DNA from: an uncultured Gammaproteobacteria bacterium
Lineage (GTDB): Bacteria; Pseudomonadota; Gammaproteobacteria; CAZYYU01
DNA length: 64,000 nt
Assembly (NCBI GenBank): GCA_964651735.1
Contig: CAZYYU010000002.1
Span: 69,931-133,930 of the forward strand
Direction: 5' to 3'
The translations under genes and the position numbers were made by a program. Positions 46,674-55,429 of the stretch are shown here, piece by piece. The notes beneath the pieces were generated by a model. The model made no database searches. It was not told where the DNA came from and was given only the letters and a program-made list of their open reading frames with translations. The first letter of the stretch is position 1. Each line of letters opens with the position of its first letter.

Positions 46674-48074
46674 CTACCTAATCAGTTTGTAATTATCAAG
46701 TGCACGCTTTCTGGCAAAGCCATGTTCAATTATCCTTTTAGGATAATTTTTACCCAGCACAACACCTGCGTGTTGAAGAATCTTATCCGGGGCTGAACTC
46801 GGATCAGCAATATATTCAACAGGCACGTTTTTCAACTCTGGAATCCATTTTTTGATATATTCACCGTGTGGATCAAATTTATTGGCTTGTAAAATGGGGT
46901 TGAAAATACGGAAATAAGGTGCCGCATCAGAACCAGATCCTGCAACCCACTGCCAACTTGCCGCATTGTTAGCTAGATCAGCATCCAACAAATGATCCCA
47001 AAACCATGCCTCACCCTCAGTCCAATGAATCAATAAATCTTTAATGAGAAATGATGCGCTTAACATTCGCACACGATTATGCATCGTGCCGGTAGCTAAT
47101 AATTCTCGCATTCCTGCATCGATAATCGGATAACCTGTTTGGCCTTTCTGCCACTTATTCAAGAGAGTCTTATCATATTCCCACTTAAAATTGTCAAATT
47201 CTGGACGCAGATTTTGAGAGGGAAGATTTGGAAAATGATAGAGCAGATAATAAGAAAATTCTCGCCATCCCAATTGCGACAAAAAAGTATCCACTGAGTT
47301 TTGATTAATTTTATGGCTTGCAGAATAATCTTCAATACTGGACCACACTTGCATAGGCGATATTTCACCAAAATGTAAATGAGGTGATAAACGAGAGGTA
47401 GCGTATGCAGAAGGTATATCACGCAATGTTGAATAATCATTTAACCCTTCTGACAAAAATTCCCTCAGTTTTTCATGCGCCCCTTCTTCACCCGGCTGCC
47501 AATATTCTGAATAATCCACTTTATTGTCAATTTTAATTTTCTCAGACTGAAGTTTTATGGCATTGATTTTTTTTGGAACTGTATATAAAGCTCTAAGATG
47601 GATAATCCGACGACATTCACGCCAATAAGGTGTGTAAACCTTGTAATTTCCACCCGATTTATTTTTAAGCATCTCAGGATCTGTCAATAAATATCCCTCG
47701 CTTTCAATTACATCGACATTATCCTTTTCAAAAGCTAATTTTATTTTCTTGTCTCGTGCCATTAATGATGGCTCATATACTGTATTCCAATATATTTTTT
47801 TAGCACCAATGTCTTTTACTAGAGTCTTCAAAATAGTCTCTGGATTTCCATATTTAATTGTTAATGAGGCTCCTCTTTTTTTTAAATTATTTTCTAACAC
47901 AGACAAACTTTTCTTTATCCACCACTGCTGTGCTTCACCGGGCATCCATTGGTATGAAGTAGTTGTATCAAAAATATACACACAAAGAATTTGATCACTT
48001 TCTTTAATAGCCTGAGTCAATGCGACATTGTCTTCTATTCTTAAATCATAACGAAACCATACCAGAGAAATCAT
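46674..48074 (-). CDS. phrB: Deoxyribodipyrimidine photolyase / cryptochrome family.
   Basis: WFRYDLRIEDN, TGYPIIDAGMREL and WQWVAGSGSDAAPYFRIFNP. ATG 48074 (MISLVWF) is preferred. Confidence 0.9.
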   Translation of the reverse strand: MISLVWFRYDLRIEDNVALTQAIKESDQILCVYIFDTTTSYQWMPGEAQQWWIKKSLSVLENNLKKRGASLTIKYGNPETILKTLVKDIGAKKIYWNTVYEPSLMARDKKIKLAFEKDNVDVIESEGYLLTDPEMLKNKSGGNYKVYTPYWRECRRIIHLRALYTVPKKINAIKLQSEKIKIDNKVDYSEYWQPGEEGAHEKLREFLSEGLNDYSTLRDIPSAYATSRLSPHLHFGEISPMQVWSSIEDYSASHKINQNSVDTFLSQLGWREFSYYLLYHFPNLPSQNLRPEFDNFKWEYDKTLLNKWQKGQTGYPIIDAGMRELLATGTMHNRVRMLSASFLIKDLLIHWTEGEAWFWDHLLDADLANNAASWQWVAGSGSDAAPYFRIFNPILQANKFDPHGEYIKKWIPELKNVPVEYIADPSSAPDKILQHAGVVLGKNYPKRIIEHGFARKRALDNYKLIR

Positions 48075-48084
48075 AGTATCGCCT

Positions 48085-48831
48085 TTAACAAATGGGTTTT
48101 GCATATTTTTTATGCATCGCAAAGACTTTTTTTAGTCTAGGTATTATCGTAATCATTTTCTCAACTTTTTTACGCGCAACGATCATATAAACACCACCAA
48201 AGCTTGGCATCATTAATTGTCCAAATGGCTCCATAATCACACTATGTTCAATTTTTTCGGCTGAGGATGAGGGCCATCTAAAACAAAGTGTTTTTCGTTT
48301 TATTATTTCAAAGCCCTGAGTTTTGAGCAGATGAATAACTTGGGATTTACTTTTTAAGCGAGCATGACGATAAACCAAATCTTGAGTGTGACAAAGCTTT
48401 GCTATTCCCCACAAACTAAAGGGATTAACTCCAATAATGATCAAAGTTCCTTCAGGAATTAAAGTGTCATACACGGATTTAATCACCTGTGAGGGATATT
48501 TTAAATAATCAATAATATGAGGCATTAGCACTACATCTATACTCTCGGGAATAAAAGGTAAATGATAAGGATCTCCAATAACACTTGAGCCATCAAATCC
48601 TGGAGAATACTCACCAGTTAAACGAATGTGGTGATCAATCACACTACTTTCGATTAAGGAGTGCTTAACTGGCCCACCGATCTGAAGTAAATGATAACCG
48701 AATAATTTGGGCAAGACAGTTTCCAAAGCATCTCGTTCAGATTCTAATAAATAGAGACCATGTGGATTGAACGCCCACTGGTCCATTTTTGGTAATCTTT
48801 CCTCACGACTGACTTCAGTACTTCCGTTCAT
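48085..48831 (-). CDS. Class I SAM-dependent methyltransferase, YafS-like.
   Basis: LFGYHLLQIGG and DPYHLPFIPESIDVVLMPH resemble E. coli YafS as I recall it. It sits next to gloB, as yafS does in E. coli. Confidence 0.75.
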   Translation of the reverse strand: MNGSTEVSREERLPKMDQWAFNPHGLYLLESERDALETVLPKLFGYHLLQIGGPVKHSLIESSVIDHHIRLTGEYSPGFDGSSVIGDPYHLPFIPESIDVVLMPHIIDYLKYPSQVIKSVYDTLIPEGTLIIIGVNPFSLWGIAKLCHTQDLVYRHARLKSKSQVIHLLKTQGFEIIKRKTLCFRWPSSSAEKIEHSVIMEPFGQLMMPSFGGVYMIVARKKVEKMITIIPRLKKVFAMHKKYAKPIC

Positions 48832-48927
48832 ATAGCATCAAAGGCCCCGATCCATTAAACTTTAACTTCGCCCCAAATATTGTAACATCATGGGTAGCAG
48901 TATAGTTAACTTCAAGGAAGTAAAATT

Positions 48928-49662
48928 GTGGTCCACATTACACCCATTCGCGCTCTAAAGGACAACTATATTTGGAGTATTAAAGACCCAAAGACAGCTT
49001 ATTGTGTCATCGTTGACCCTGGTGAGGCTGATCCTGTACTGAATTACCTGAAGGATAATAAGCTCAATCTCGAGGCTATACTCATCACTCATCATCATTG
49101 GGATCACACTAATGGCGTAGGAGGAATTCTGGATAAACACCCTGTTCCAGTTTATTCCGCAGCCTCTGAGAATACTGTTGAGCTCAAAGCTACCAAATTA
49201 ACATTCGACCTAATGAGGATTCCAGGCCATACTTTAGATCATGTCGCCTTCTATACTCCTGGCCTAGTATTTTGTGGTGACACCCTTTTTACTGCCGGTT
49301 GTGGGAGAATTTTTGAAGGCACACCTGAGCAAATGTACTCCTCCCTCATGAAATTGGCTTCTCTTCCTGATGAGACCTTAGTGTATTGCGGTCACGAATA
49401 CACTGAATCGAACCTAAAATTTGCCATCACCCTTGAACCGAATAACATCGATATCTTGAAAAGACTAGAAAGTACGATTAGTCTACGCAAAAGAACATTG
49501 CCAACGGTTCCCGCATCAATCAGCTTGGAAAAGAAAACGAATCCTTTTTTAAGGGTGAATCATCCGAGTATAATTGAAGCCGCTGAAAGGCATGTACAAC
49601 GCCACCTTAAGTCACCCATTGAAGTGCTTGAAGTGATTAGAACATGGAAGGACCATTTTTAG
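48928..49662 (+). CDS. gloB: Hydroxyacylglutathione hydrolase (glyoxalase II).
   Basis: Metallo-beta-lactamase motif THHHWDH and the C-terminal NPFLR motif. GTG start. Confidence 0.92.
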   Translation: MVHITPIRALKDNYIWSIKDPKTAYCVIVDPGEADPVLNYLKDNKLNLEAILITHHHWDHTNGVGGILDKHPVPVYSAASENTVELKATKLTFDLMRIPGHTLDHVAFYTPGLVFCGDTLFTAGCGRIFEGTPEQMYSSLMKLASLPDETLVYCGHEYTESNLKFAITLEPNNIDILKRLESTISLRKRTLPTVPASISLEKKTNPFLRVNHPSIIEAAERHVQRHLKSPIEVLEVIRTWKDHF

Positions 49663-51027
49663 ATGATTAAAAAAATCACAGTATATGTCGCTTTGCTCCT
49701 CGCAATAACGACCGTCTTTGTGCAAGCTACCTACGCCGATTTCACTCGCCTAGAACCCTCAGAAATTTATCATCCAGAGGGTAATCTCATCTGGCCGGAA
49801 ATTCGTCAGCGTTTTGAAATTCCCTACAACGAACGCAGAACCGATATACAGGAACAAATTCGTTTTTATCAATCACATAAAAACTTTTTCTACACAGTGC
49901 TTGAAACTGCAGCTCCTTATTTATCCTATATTTTTGAGCAAACCCGAAGCCGCGATTTACCCGCAGAACTTGCACTAATCCCTCTGGTTGAAAGCGGGTT
50001 TAATGCCTTTGCCTATTCCAAAGCCGGCGCTGCAGGACTTTGGCAGCTTATGCCCGGAACAGCTTCTGTCTATGGCTTACGCATTGACTGGTATTATGAC
50101 GAACGTCGAGATCTTATTTCCTCCACACACGCTGCTCTGGATTATTTTGGGTATTTATATAATTTATTTGAGAATGATTGGGTATTAGCGGTTGCAGCCT
50201 ATGATTCTGGTGAGGGAACTATTTTAAACTCCTTAAAAAATAATTTAATTGAACACGAAAGCATTTCCTATTGGAATTTAAAATTACCAAAAGAAACAAG
50301 GGATTATCTTCCCAAACTCTTTGCAATTGTGAGCATCATTAAACACCCGCAACGTTATGGCATGGAATTGCCACCGGTAGTGTCTGCGCCCTATTTTAAA
50401 GTGGTGGAAATGGATAATGTTTCTCATGTGCCTCAAGTAGCAAAATTAGCTAAAATAAATTTAGAAACCTTGTATTATCTAAACCCAGGCTACCGTCGAT
50501 CTACCGCAGGTTCAAAAGGAAATCTTTCATTTTTGTTACCCATCGATAAAGCGGATTCCATCGAAACAAAAAATAAATTATCACCCACTAAAACCTTAGC
50601 CGACTGGCAAAAGGTGATGGTCAAAGCCTTTAGTAGTGCAAAGCTAAAAACTATTGCTGGCGATCACCAACTTGGTCCTCGCAAATATATTCACACCGTT
50701 AAAAAAACAGATTCCTTCGAAGATATTGCCAAAAAATATGAAGTTAAACCCATGGAAATTAAATTTTGGAATCAAATGAATGCTGATCGTGTTTTAAAAG
50801 AAGGTCAGCAATTAATTATTTGGTCAAAACTCAAGTTAAAACAACGTCAATTAGCTTATGAAAAATACCAAGTAAAAGAAGGAGATAACCTTAAGAATTT
50901 AGCTAAAATCTATAAAACCACAGTTAAGGCGATAAAAAAAGCTAATAATTTATCAAATAATAATATAGTTGCTGGCAAAACACTCAAAATCCCTACCTAC
51001 ATTATTACTGCAGAAAGTGGAGTTTAA
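49663..51027 (+). CDS. mltD: Membrane-bound lytic murein transglycosylase D (SLT domain plus LysM repeats).
   Basis: SLT core ESGFNAFAYSKAGAAGLWQLMPGTA and two C-terminal LysM-like units (HTVKKTDSFEDIAKKY..., YQVKEGDNLKNLAKIY...). Confidence 0.9.
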   Translation: MIKKITVYVALLLAITTVFVQATYADFTRLEPSEIYHPEGNLIWPEIRQRFEIPYNERRTDIQEQIRFYQSHKNFFYTVLETAAPYLSYIFEQTRSRDLPAELALIPLVESGFNAFAYSKAGAAGLWQLMPGTASVYGLRIDWYYDERRDLISSTHAALDYFGYLYNLFENDWVLAVAAYDSGEGTILNSLKNNLIEHESISYWNLKLPKETRDYLPKLFAIVSIIKHPQRYGMELPPVVSAPYFKVVEMDNVSHVPQVAKLAKINLETLYYLNPGYRRSTAGSKGNLSFLLPIDKADSIETKNKLSPTKTLADWQKVMVKAFSSAKLKTIAGDHQLGPRKYIHTVKKTDSFEDIAKKYEVKPMEIKFWNQMNADRVLKEGQQLIIWSKLKLKQRQLAYEKYQVKEGDNLKNLAKIYKTTVKAIKKANNLSNNNIVAGKTLKIPTYIITAESGV

Positions 51028-51123
51028 ATTGACTTTAATACCTAAAAATGTTATTTTATACACACTTTTACTGCATGGCTCTATATCCCAGCAGTTACTT
51101 TTAACTAACTAAGGATAGTATCT

Positions 51124-52680
51124 ATGAGCAAAAAAAATTCCATTCAAAGCCCCGAGCAAAATGCGCTTTTAGACGAATTATTATTCTTAGGTAAAGAAAC
51201 ATTAGAATCGGTCTGGGCAGAAGATGGAAAACTCCATGATTTCTTAAATCAACGTTATTTTATTCAACAAAACTTTGCCGATAATGCAAAGGATGAAACC
51301 AATATTAGTGATTTTGAAGCTGCACATGCATTAAAATTAGTTAAAAAACGGATTGAAGCTTTAGAAAATCCGAGTAAATTTTTCAAAGCGATGGTGAAAT
51401 GTCACTCTTTGATCGAGTCAAAATCCGATAGTGAAGATAGCCTCACACTTGGCTACCTTGCTGATGAAGACTATCCTGAACATTTTGCATGGGCGATCGA
51501 TATATTATTACGACATTTCTTTCGTGGACGAAAAAATAAACTGAATACCTTAATTGAACGTTTTAAAGATTCTGATAATCATCAACCTTTCAAGGAAATT
51601 TTGTTAAGAGACATTTCTCCATCTGACCTTGAACACTTACAAACTATTACTGAAGAACAAGATAATTTGCATCATAAACTGGTCAGTGAAAAAGAAACTA
51701 TCAGTGATTTTGATTTTCTGAATAATGCTTATGGGCTTGCTCATCTAAATGCCAGAGAAAATGATGCTGATTGTGCACAGATTCCTTACTATGATTACAA
51801 CGTTATTGTAAATTCTTATCTAGACTCAGAAGATGATGATGAATTAAAGCGAATTTATGCCAGACTTATTGCTTTTACTGATTATGAAGCGACCATAAAT
51901 TCTTTGACTCAACACAGCGCCTTTGACATTGCTTTGTTTGAGCATGAAACCGCATTAAAGCTAAGACTAAAAGTGCTTAAAAGTGCAGAGGAAGAGGAAG
52001 AGCCTTTTAATTCGCTAAATCTCATTGAAGAAAGTGCTATCAGCTCAACCTTGAAAAAAATCGCTGAGTATCGTTATTCCAATTCTCAAGAACAAAAATT
52101 GGCTGATACCTATGAAGATATCAATGATATTTTTACCAGTCTTCTTGAAGGTGAAATTAATGAAGTTGAATTTCAAGTTAATCTGGATAAACTGATCACC
52201 AAATATGAACCAGGCACAAGCTTTTGGACAAAAATTATCGCTTATATCAGCGCGATCGCTGACTATATTACTAATAAAGACAGAGAAACATTACCACGAT
52301 ATTGGCACTTAGATAAGCTTAAAGCCTATAAAGGTGAGTTTGGACAAAAATTTATTAATTATCTCAATAAACTTTCACACGATGCTAAAAAAGAATTTTT
52401 GTTGGAATATGCTTCCAAACTTGAACTGAAGCTTAACCCAAGCTCGAATCCTGCATCGCCTAACCATAGCAATAAATCTGACTCAAATGAAGATAAAGCT
52501 GATGATAAATCGGAGTCAGCTGATGAAGTTTCATCATCAGCGAGTTCACTAACCACTTCAAAAGCTTCATTCTGGTTTAAAAAATGCAGAGATTATACGG
52601 GCAATGAAGATATCAGTGAATTAATGAGAGAAGCAATGACAATCGAAAAAGCACTCGTTTCTCCCATTGTAGGTGCTTAA
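51124..52680 (+). CDS. Hypothetical acidic protein (518 aa); effector-like orphan.
   Basis: Long ORF with an AGGA SD. Acidic and Ser-rich C-terminal third. No recognisable catalytic motif. Confidence 0.6.
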   Translation: MSKKNSIQSPEQNALLDELLFLGKETLESVWAEDGKLHDFLNQRYFIQQNFADNAKDETNISDFEAAHALKLVKKRIEALENPSKFFKAMVKCHSLIESKSDSEDSLTLGYLADEDYPEHFAWAIDILLRHFFRGRKNKLNTLIERFKDSDNHQPFKEILLRDISPSDLEHLQTITEEQDNLHHKLVSEKETISDFDFLNNAYGLAHLNARENDADCAQIPYYDYNVIVNSYLDSEDDDELKRIYARLIAFTDYEATINSLTQHSAFDIALFEHETALKLRLKVLKSAEEEEEPFNSLNLIEESAISSTLKKIAEYRYSNSQEQKLADTYEDINDIFTSLLEGEINEVEFQVNLDKLITKYEPGTSFWTKIIAYISAIADYITNKDRETLPRYWHLDKLKAYKGEFGQKFINYLNKLSHDAKKEFLLEYASKLELKLNPSSNPASPNHSNKSDSNEDKADDKSESADEVSSSASSLTTSKASFWFKKCRDYTGNEDISELMREAMTIEKALVSPIVGA

Positions 52681-52692
52681 TCTGGAATTTCA

Positions 52693-53571
52693 ATGACAGC
52701 TAAAATTTTAAATGGTAATGCACTCGCGGGAGAAATTCGCGCAAATATTGCCACTCACATTTCAGAGAAGATGAAAAATAATGTTCCTCCTCCAGGTCTT
52801 GCCGTCATTCAAGTTGGTGATCATGCCCCCTCAAAAATTTATATTGAAAAAAAACAACAAGCCTGTAAAGAAGTAGGAATTTCTTCAATACTTCATCACT
52901 TGGATAATGATACTAGCGAAGATGAACTACTGGATTTAATTGAAACACTGAATGCTGATCCAAGTATTCATGGCATTTTAGTTCAACTTCCTCTGCCCCC
53001 TCAGATGAATAATGCGGTTGTTCTAGACTATATTGATCCCTTAAAAGATGTGGATGGATTTCATCCATACAACGTAGGCTGTCTTGCTCAACGCCGCCCT
53101 TTCCTAAGACCCTGCACACCCTTTGGCATTATGAAGCTCTTAGAATCCACAGGTGAACAAATCCGGGGAAAACATGCCGTTATCGTCGGTGCATCAAATA
53201 TCGTTGGTCGCCCAATGGCCCTAGAATTACTACTCGCTGGAGCAACCATCACCGTTGCCCACCGACATACCACCGACCTTGTCAAATGCCTTAGCATGGC
53301 AGATATATTAATCGTCGCCATCGGAAATCCTGGAATTATCGAAACCAGCTGGATACCACAAGGTGCCATTGTCATCGACGTAGGCATCACCCGCTTAGAC
53401 GACGGAAGCATCACCGGCGACATCGATTTCGCCACTGCCAAAGAAAAAGCCAGCTGGATTACCCCAGTACCAGGCGGTGTTGGCCCAATGACTGTGGCTA
53501 GTCTTTTGATGAATACTGTAATTGCTTGGGAACAAATGATTATTCCAGCCTTAGATCATGACGTATATTAA
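52693..53571 (+). CDS. folD: Bifunctional methylenetetrahydrofolate dehydrogenase/cyclohydrolase.
   Basis: HGILVQLPLP, DVDGFHPYNVG and PVPGGVGPMT motifs. Confidence 0.96.
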   Translation: MTAKILNGNALAGEIRANIATHISEKMKNNVPPPGLAVIQVGDHAPSKIYIEKKQQACKEVGISSILHHLDNDTSEDELLDLIETLNADPSIHGILVQLPLPPQMNNAVVLDYIDPLKDVDGFHPYNVGCLAQRRPFLRPCTPFGIMKLLESTGEQIRGKHAVIVGASNIVGRPMALELLLAGATITVAHRHTTDLVKCLSMADILIVAIGNPGIIETSWIPQGAIVIDVGITRLDDGSITGDIDFATAKEKASWITPVPGGVGPMTVASLLMNTVIAWEQMIIPALDHDVY

Positions 53572-53710
53572 CTAGATCAAACATATCTCAGCAAATTTTT
53601 ATAACAGTGTTCTACAAAATATTTAAATTCATCGATTATGATTATTTAACTATTCTTTAGACACGGGGTCACTTTAAAATCAGTACGAGCGTATTAAAGT
53701 TGGAACTTTA

Positions 53711-54259
53711 TTAATTATGACTGCTAGCCTGATTCGAAGAGGACTCGAAAATAGGCCCACTTAAATTCATGCTAAGCTCAGACTTTATACTTAAATAAAT
53801 CTCATCGGCATGTTCTGAGTTTTGATCAAGTTCAACTGCCATTTTTGCATAGGCCAGTGCAACATCCCATGATGAAGATGGTACAAATTTTGTAGTTATT
53901 TCAGCTTTACGAGTTAATGCAGTTGATATTAATCGACGTTCATTGATGGTTAAATCATCTGTTTCAAAGCCAGCGAACGAATTTATAACTTGATCAAAAT
54001 TAGTTTCTGATTCTTTATATTTACCCTGATTAAATTTTTCGAGGCCTTTTTCTAATATTTTTACAAGATTTTCATGGAATAATTGACGCGAATTTTGTGT
54101 ATTGTATTTCAATTCATCAAAAAGATGAACTTGCTCAAATAATTCTGATCTGACAGGTAATATCATAGTGGATTTAAAGCGTAGACCCGATCTTTTGAAA
54201 AATCTAAACGGTAAACTTTCGATTGGATAAGAGCTTAAAACTTTAAGAGATTTTTTCAT
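53711..54259 (-). CDS. Hypothetical protein (182 aa).
   Basis: ORF with a GAGGAA SD overlapping the stop of the upstream ORF. No recognised motif. Confidence 0.5.
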   Translation of the reverse strand: MKKSLKVLSSYPIESLPFRFFKRSGLRFKSTMILPVRSELFEQVHLFDELKYNTQNSRQLFHENLVKILEKGLEKFNQGKYKESETNFDQVINSFAGFETDDLTINERRLISTALTRKAEITTKFVPSSSWDVALAYAKMAVELDQNSEHADEIYLSIKSELSMNLSGPIFESSSNQASSHN

Positions 54260-54269
54260 AAAATATTCC

Positions 54270-54548
54270 TCATGTTAATTTGACCGTAGAGCTAGTTTCT
54301 TCGCGAAGCTTTATAGCGTATTCTTTGCCCAGCAAAAAGGCAAAGCGTGTCAATCTTGAGTCTGTTAATTTTTTTTGTAAGTTTTCTTTAAATATTAGGT
54401 CAGGTTTAGAAGCATTCATTATAGCATCATTCGCACAAGTTTGTGGTGATTTATTTTTTCTCTTTGTAGCATCATCTGTTAATAGCTTATAAATCGTTTG
54501 ACCACAAGCTGCATCCTCTAAATTAAAATATGTGGGATTCAATTTCAT
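54270..54548 (-). CDS. Hypothetical protein; probably the 3' fragment of a disrupted gene.
   Basis: Same reading frame as 54693..55154. The 144 nt between the two contain no stop. Confidence 0.4.
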   Translation of the reverse strand: MKLNPTYFNLEDAACGQTIYKLLTDDATKRKNKSPQTCANDAIMNASKPDLIFKENLQKKLTDSRLTRFAFLLGKEYAIKLREETSSTVKLT

Positions 54549-54692
54549 CTGTTCGAATCGTTTATAATATTCCTTGCTATCAAATGTTAATTTATCAAGG
54601 GAAATAAACCAAAAATATTCTGAGGCACATTTTTTCTCAGCATTGTTTATACGAGTTTTAGACCAAAATAATTGAGACTCTAAAATTTCTGT

Positions 54693-55154
54693 TTAGCTTT
54701 CAAGTGTATTGAGAGTTTGATTCCCATAGCGATCAAACTTTTGCACTTTACTCACCAGACTGTCTTCTAGAATTACAAGTGAATTATCAACGACTCTAAC
54801 TATCCAAGAAATAACATGGCCTAACAGATGTGGAGTTATTTTATCAAATTTTGCATAATCATCATAATCTATAACGCATTGATTAACTTTCAGAAGTAAC
54901 AAATCCTTACCTTTCATCGAATTCGGTATTGCACTCGCTAAATCACACATACTTGCCTTATGATAAGACATTTTATCAGGATATTTTTCTTCATCATTTG
55001 AAGTTGGTAGAATTATTGAACATACTGCATGTGAACTATCTGTCACAATATGCTCTGTGCTTTTAATACTTAATGGCCTTTTACTAAACCAAAGAGAAGA
55101 GATCCTATTCCTTCCGAATGTAAAGTTGACAGTGTCTCGCAGAGTCTTTCTCAT
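54693..55154 (-). CDS. Hypothetical protein; probably the 5' fragment of a disrupted gene.
   Basis: The ORF ends at TAA 54693-54695, and the frame stays open downstream to 54270. Confidence 0.5.
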   Translation of the reverse strand: MRKTLRDTVNFTFGRNRISSLWFSKRPLSIKSTEHIVTDSSHAVCSIILPTSNDEEKYPDKMSYHKASMCDLASAIPNSMKGKDLLLLKVNQCVIDYDDYAKFDKITPHLLGHVISWIVRVVDNSLVILEDSLVSKVQKFDRYGNQTLNTLES

Positions 55155-55429
55155 ATATCACCTTAATATAGCGAAAAAGTCAAAACTTTTTTAATATAAA
55201 TTATTACTTTTTAGTATCCTACTATACAATATTAGTTTTGTAAAGAGTTTCACAACCCGTATGAGAAAAGCATTAATTTCTCAGCTAGACAATGTTAGAA
55301 TGATCACTTCCTCGTAAAATTTTGGTTGCTATAGCTATATCCACCATTCAATTGATCTCGACTATTCTGAACGGATTGTAGATCTTCATTGAGTGAGATC
55401 TCAATTATTAAACCAGCCAAGATTATTGA

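Larger units (their letters stand above)
54270..55154 (-). pseudogene. Reading frame of ~294 codons interrupted by a single in-frame TAA (nonsense pseudogene or readthrough candidate).
   Basis: Manual translation of minus-strand codons 54692 to 54549 gives TEILESQLFWSKTRINNAEKKCASEYFWFISLDKLTFDSKEYYKRFEQ with no stop, and it is in frame with both flanking ORFs. Confidence 0.45.

Noticed and set aside
55380-55410. Short inverted repeat AGATCT...AGATCT downstream of cysS as a terminator.
   Set aside because: The stem is only 5-6 bp, AGATCT is self-complementary, and there is no U-tract. The evidence is too weak to call.
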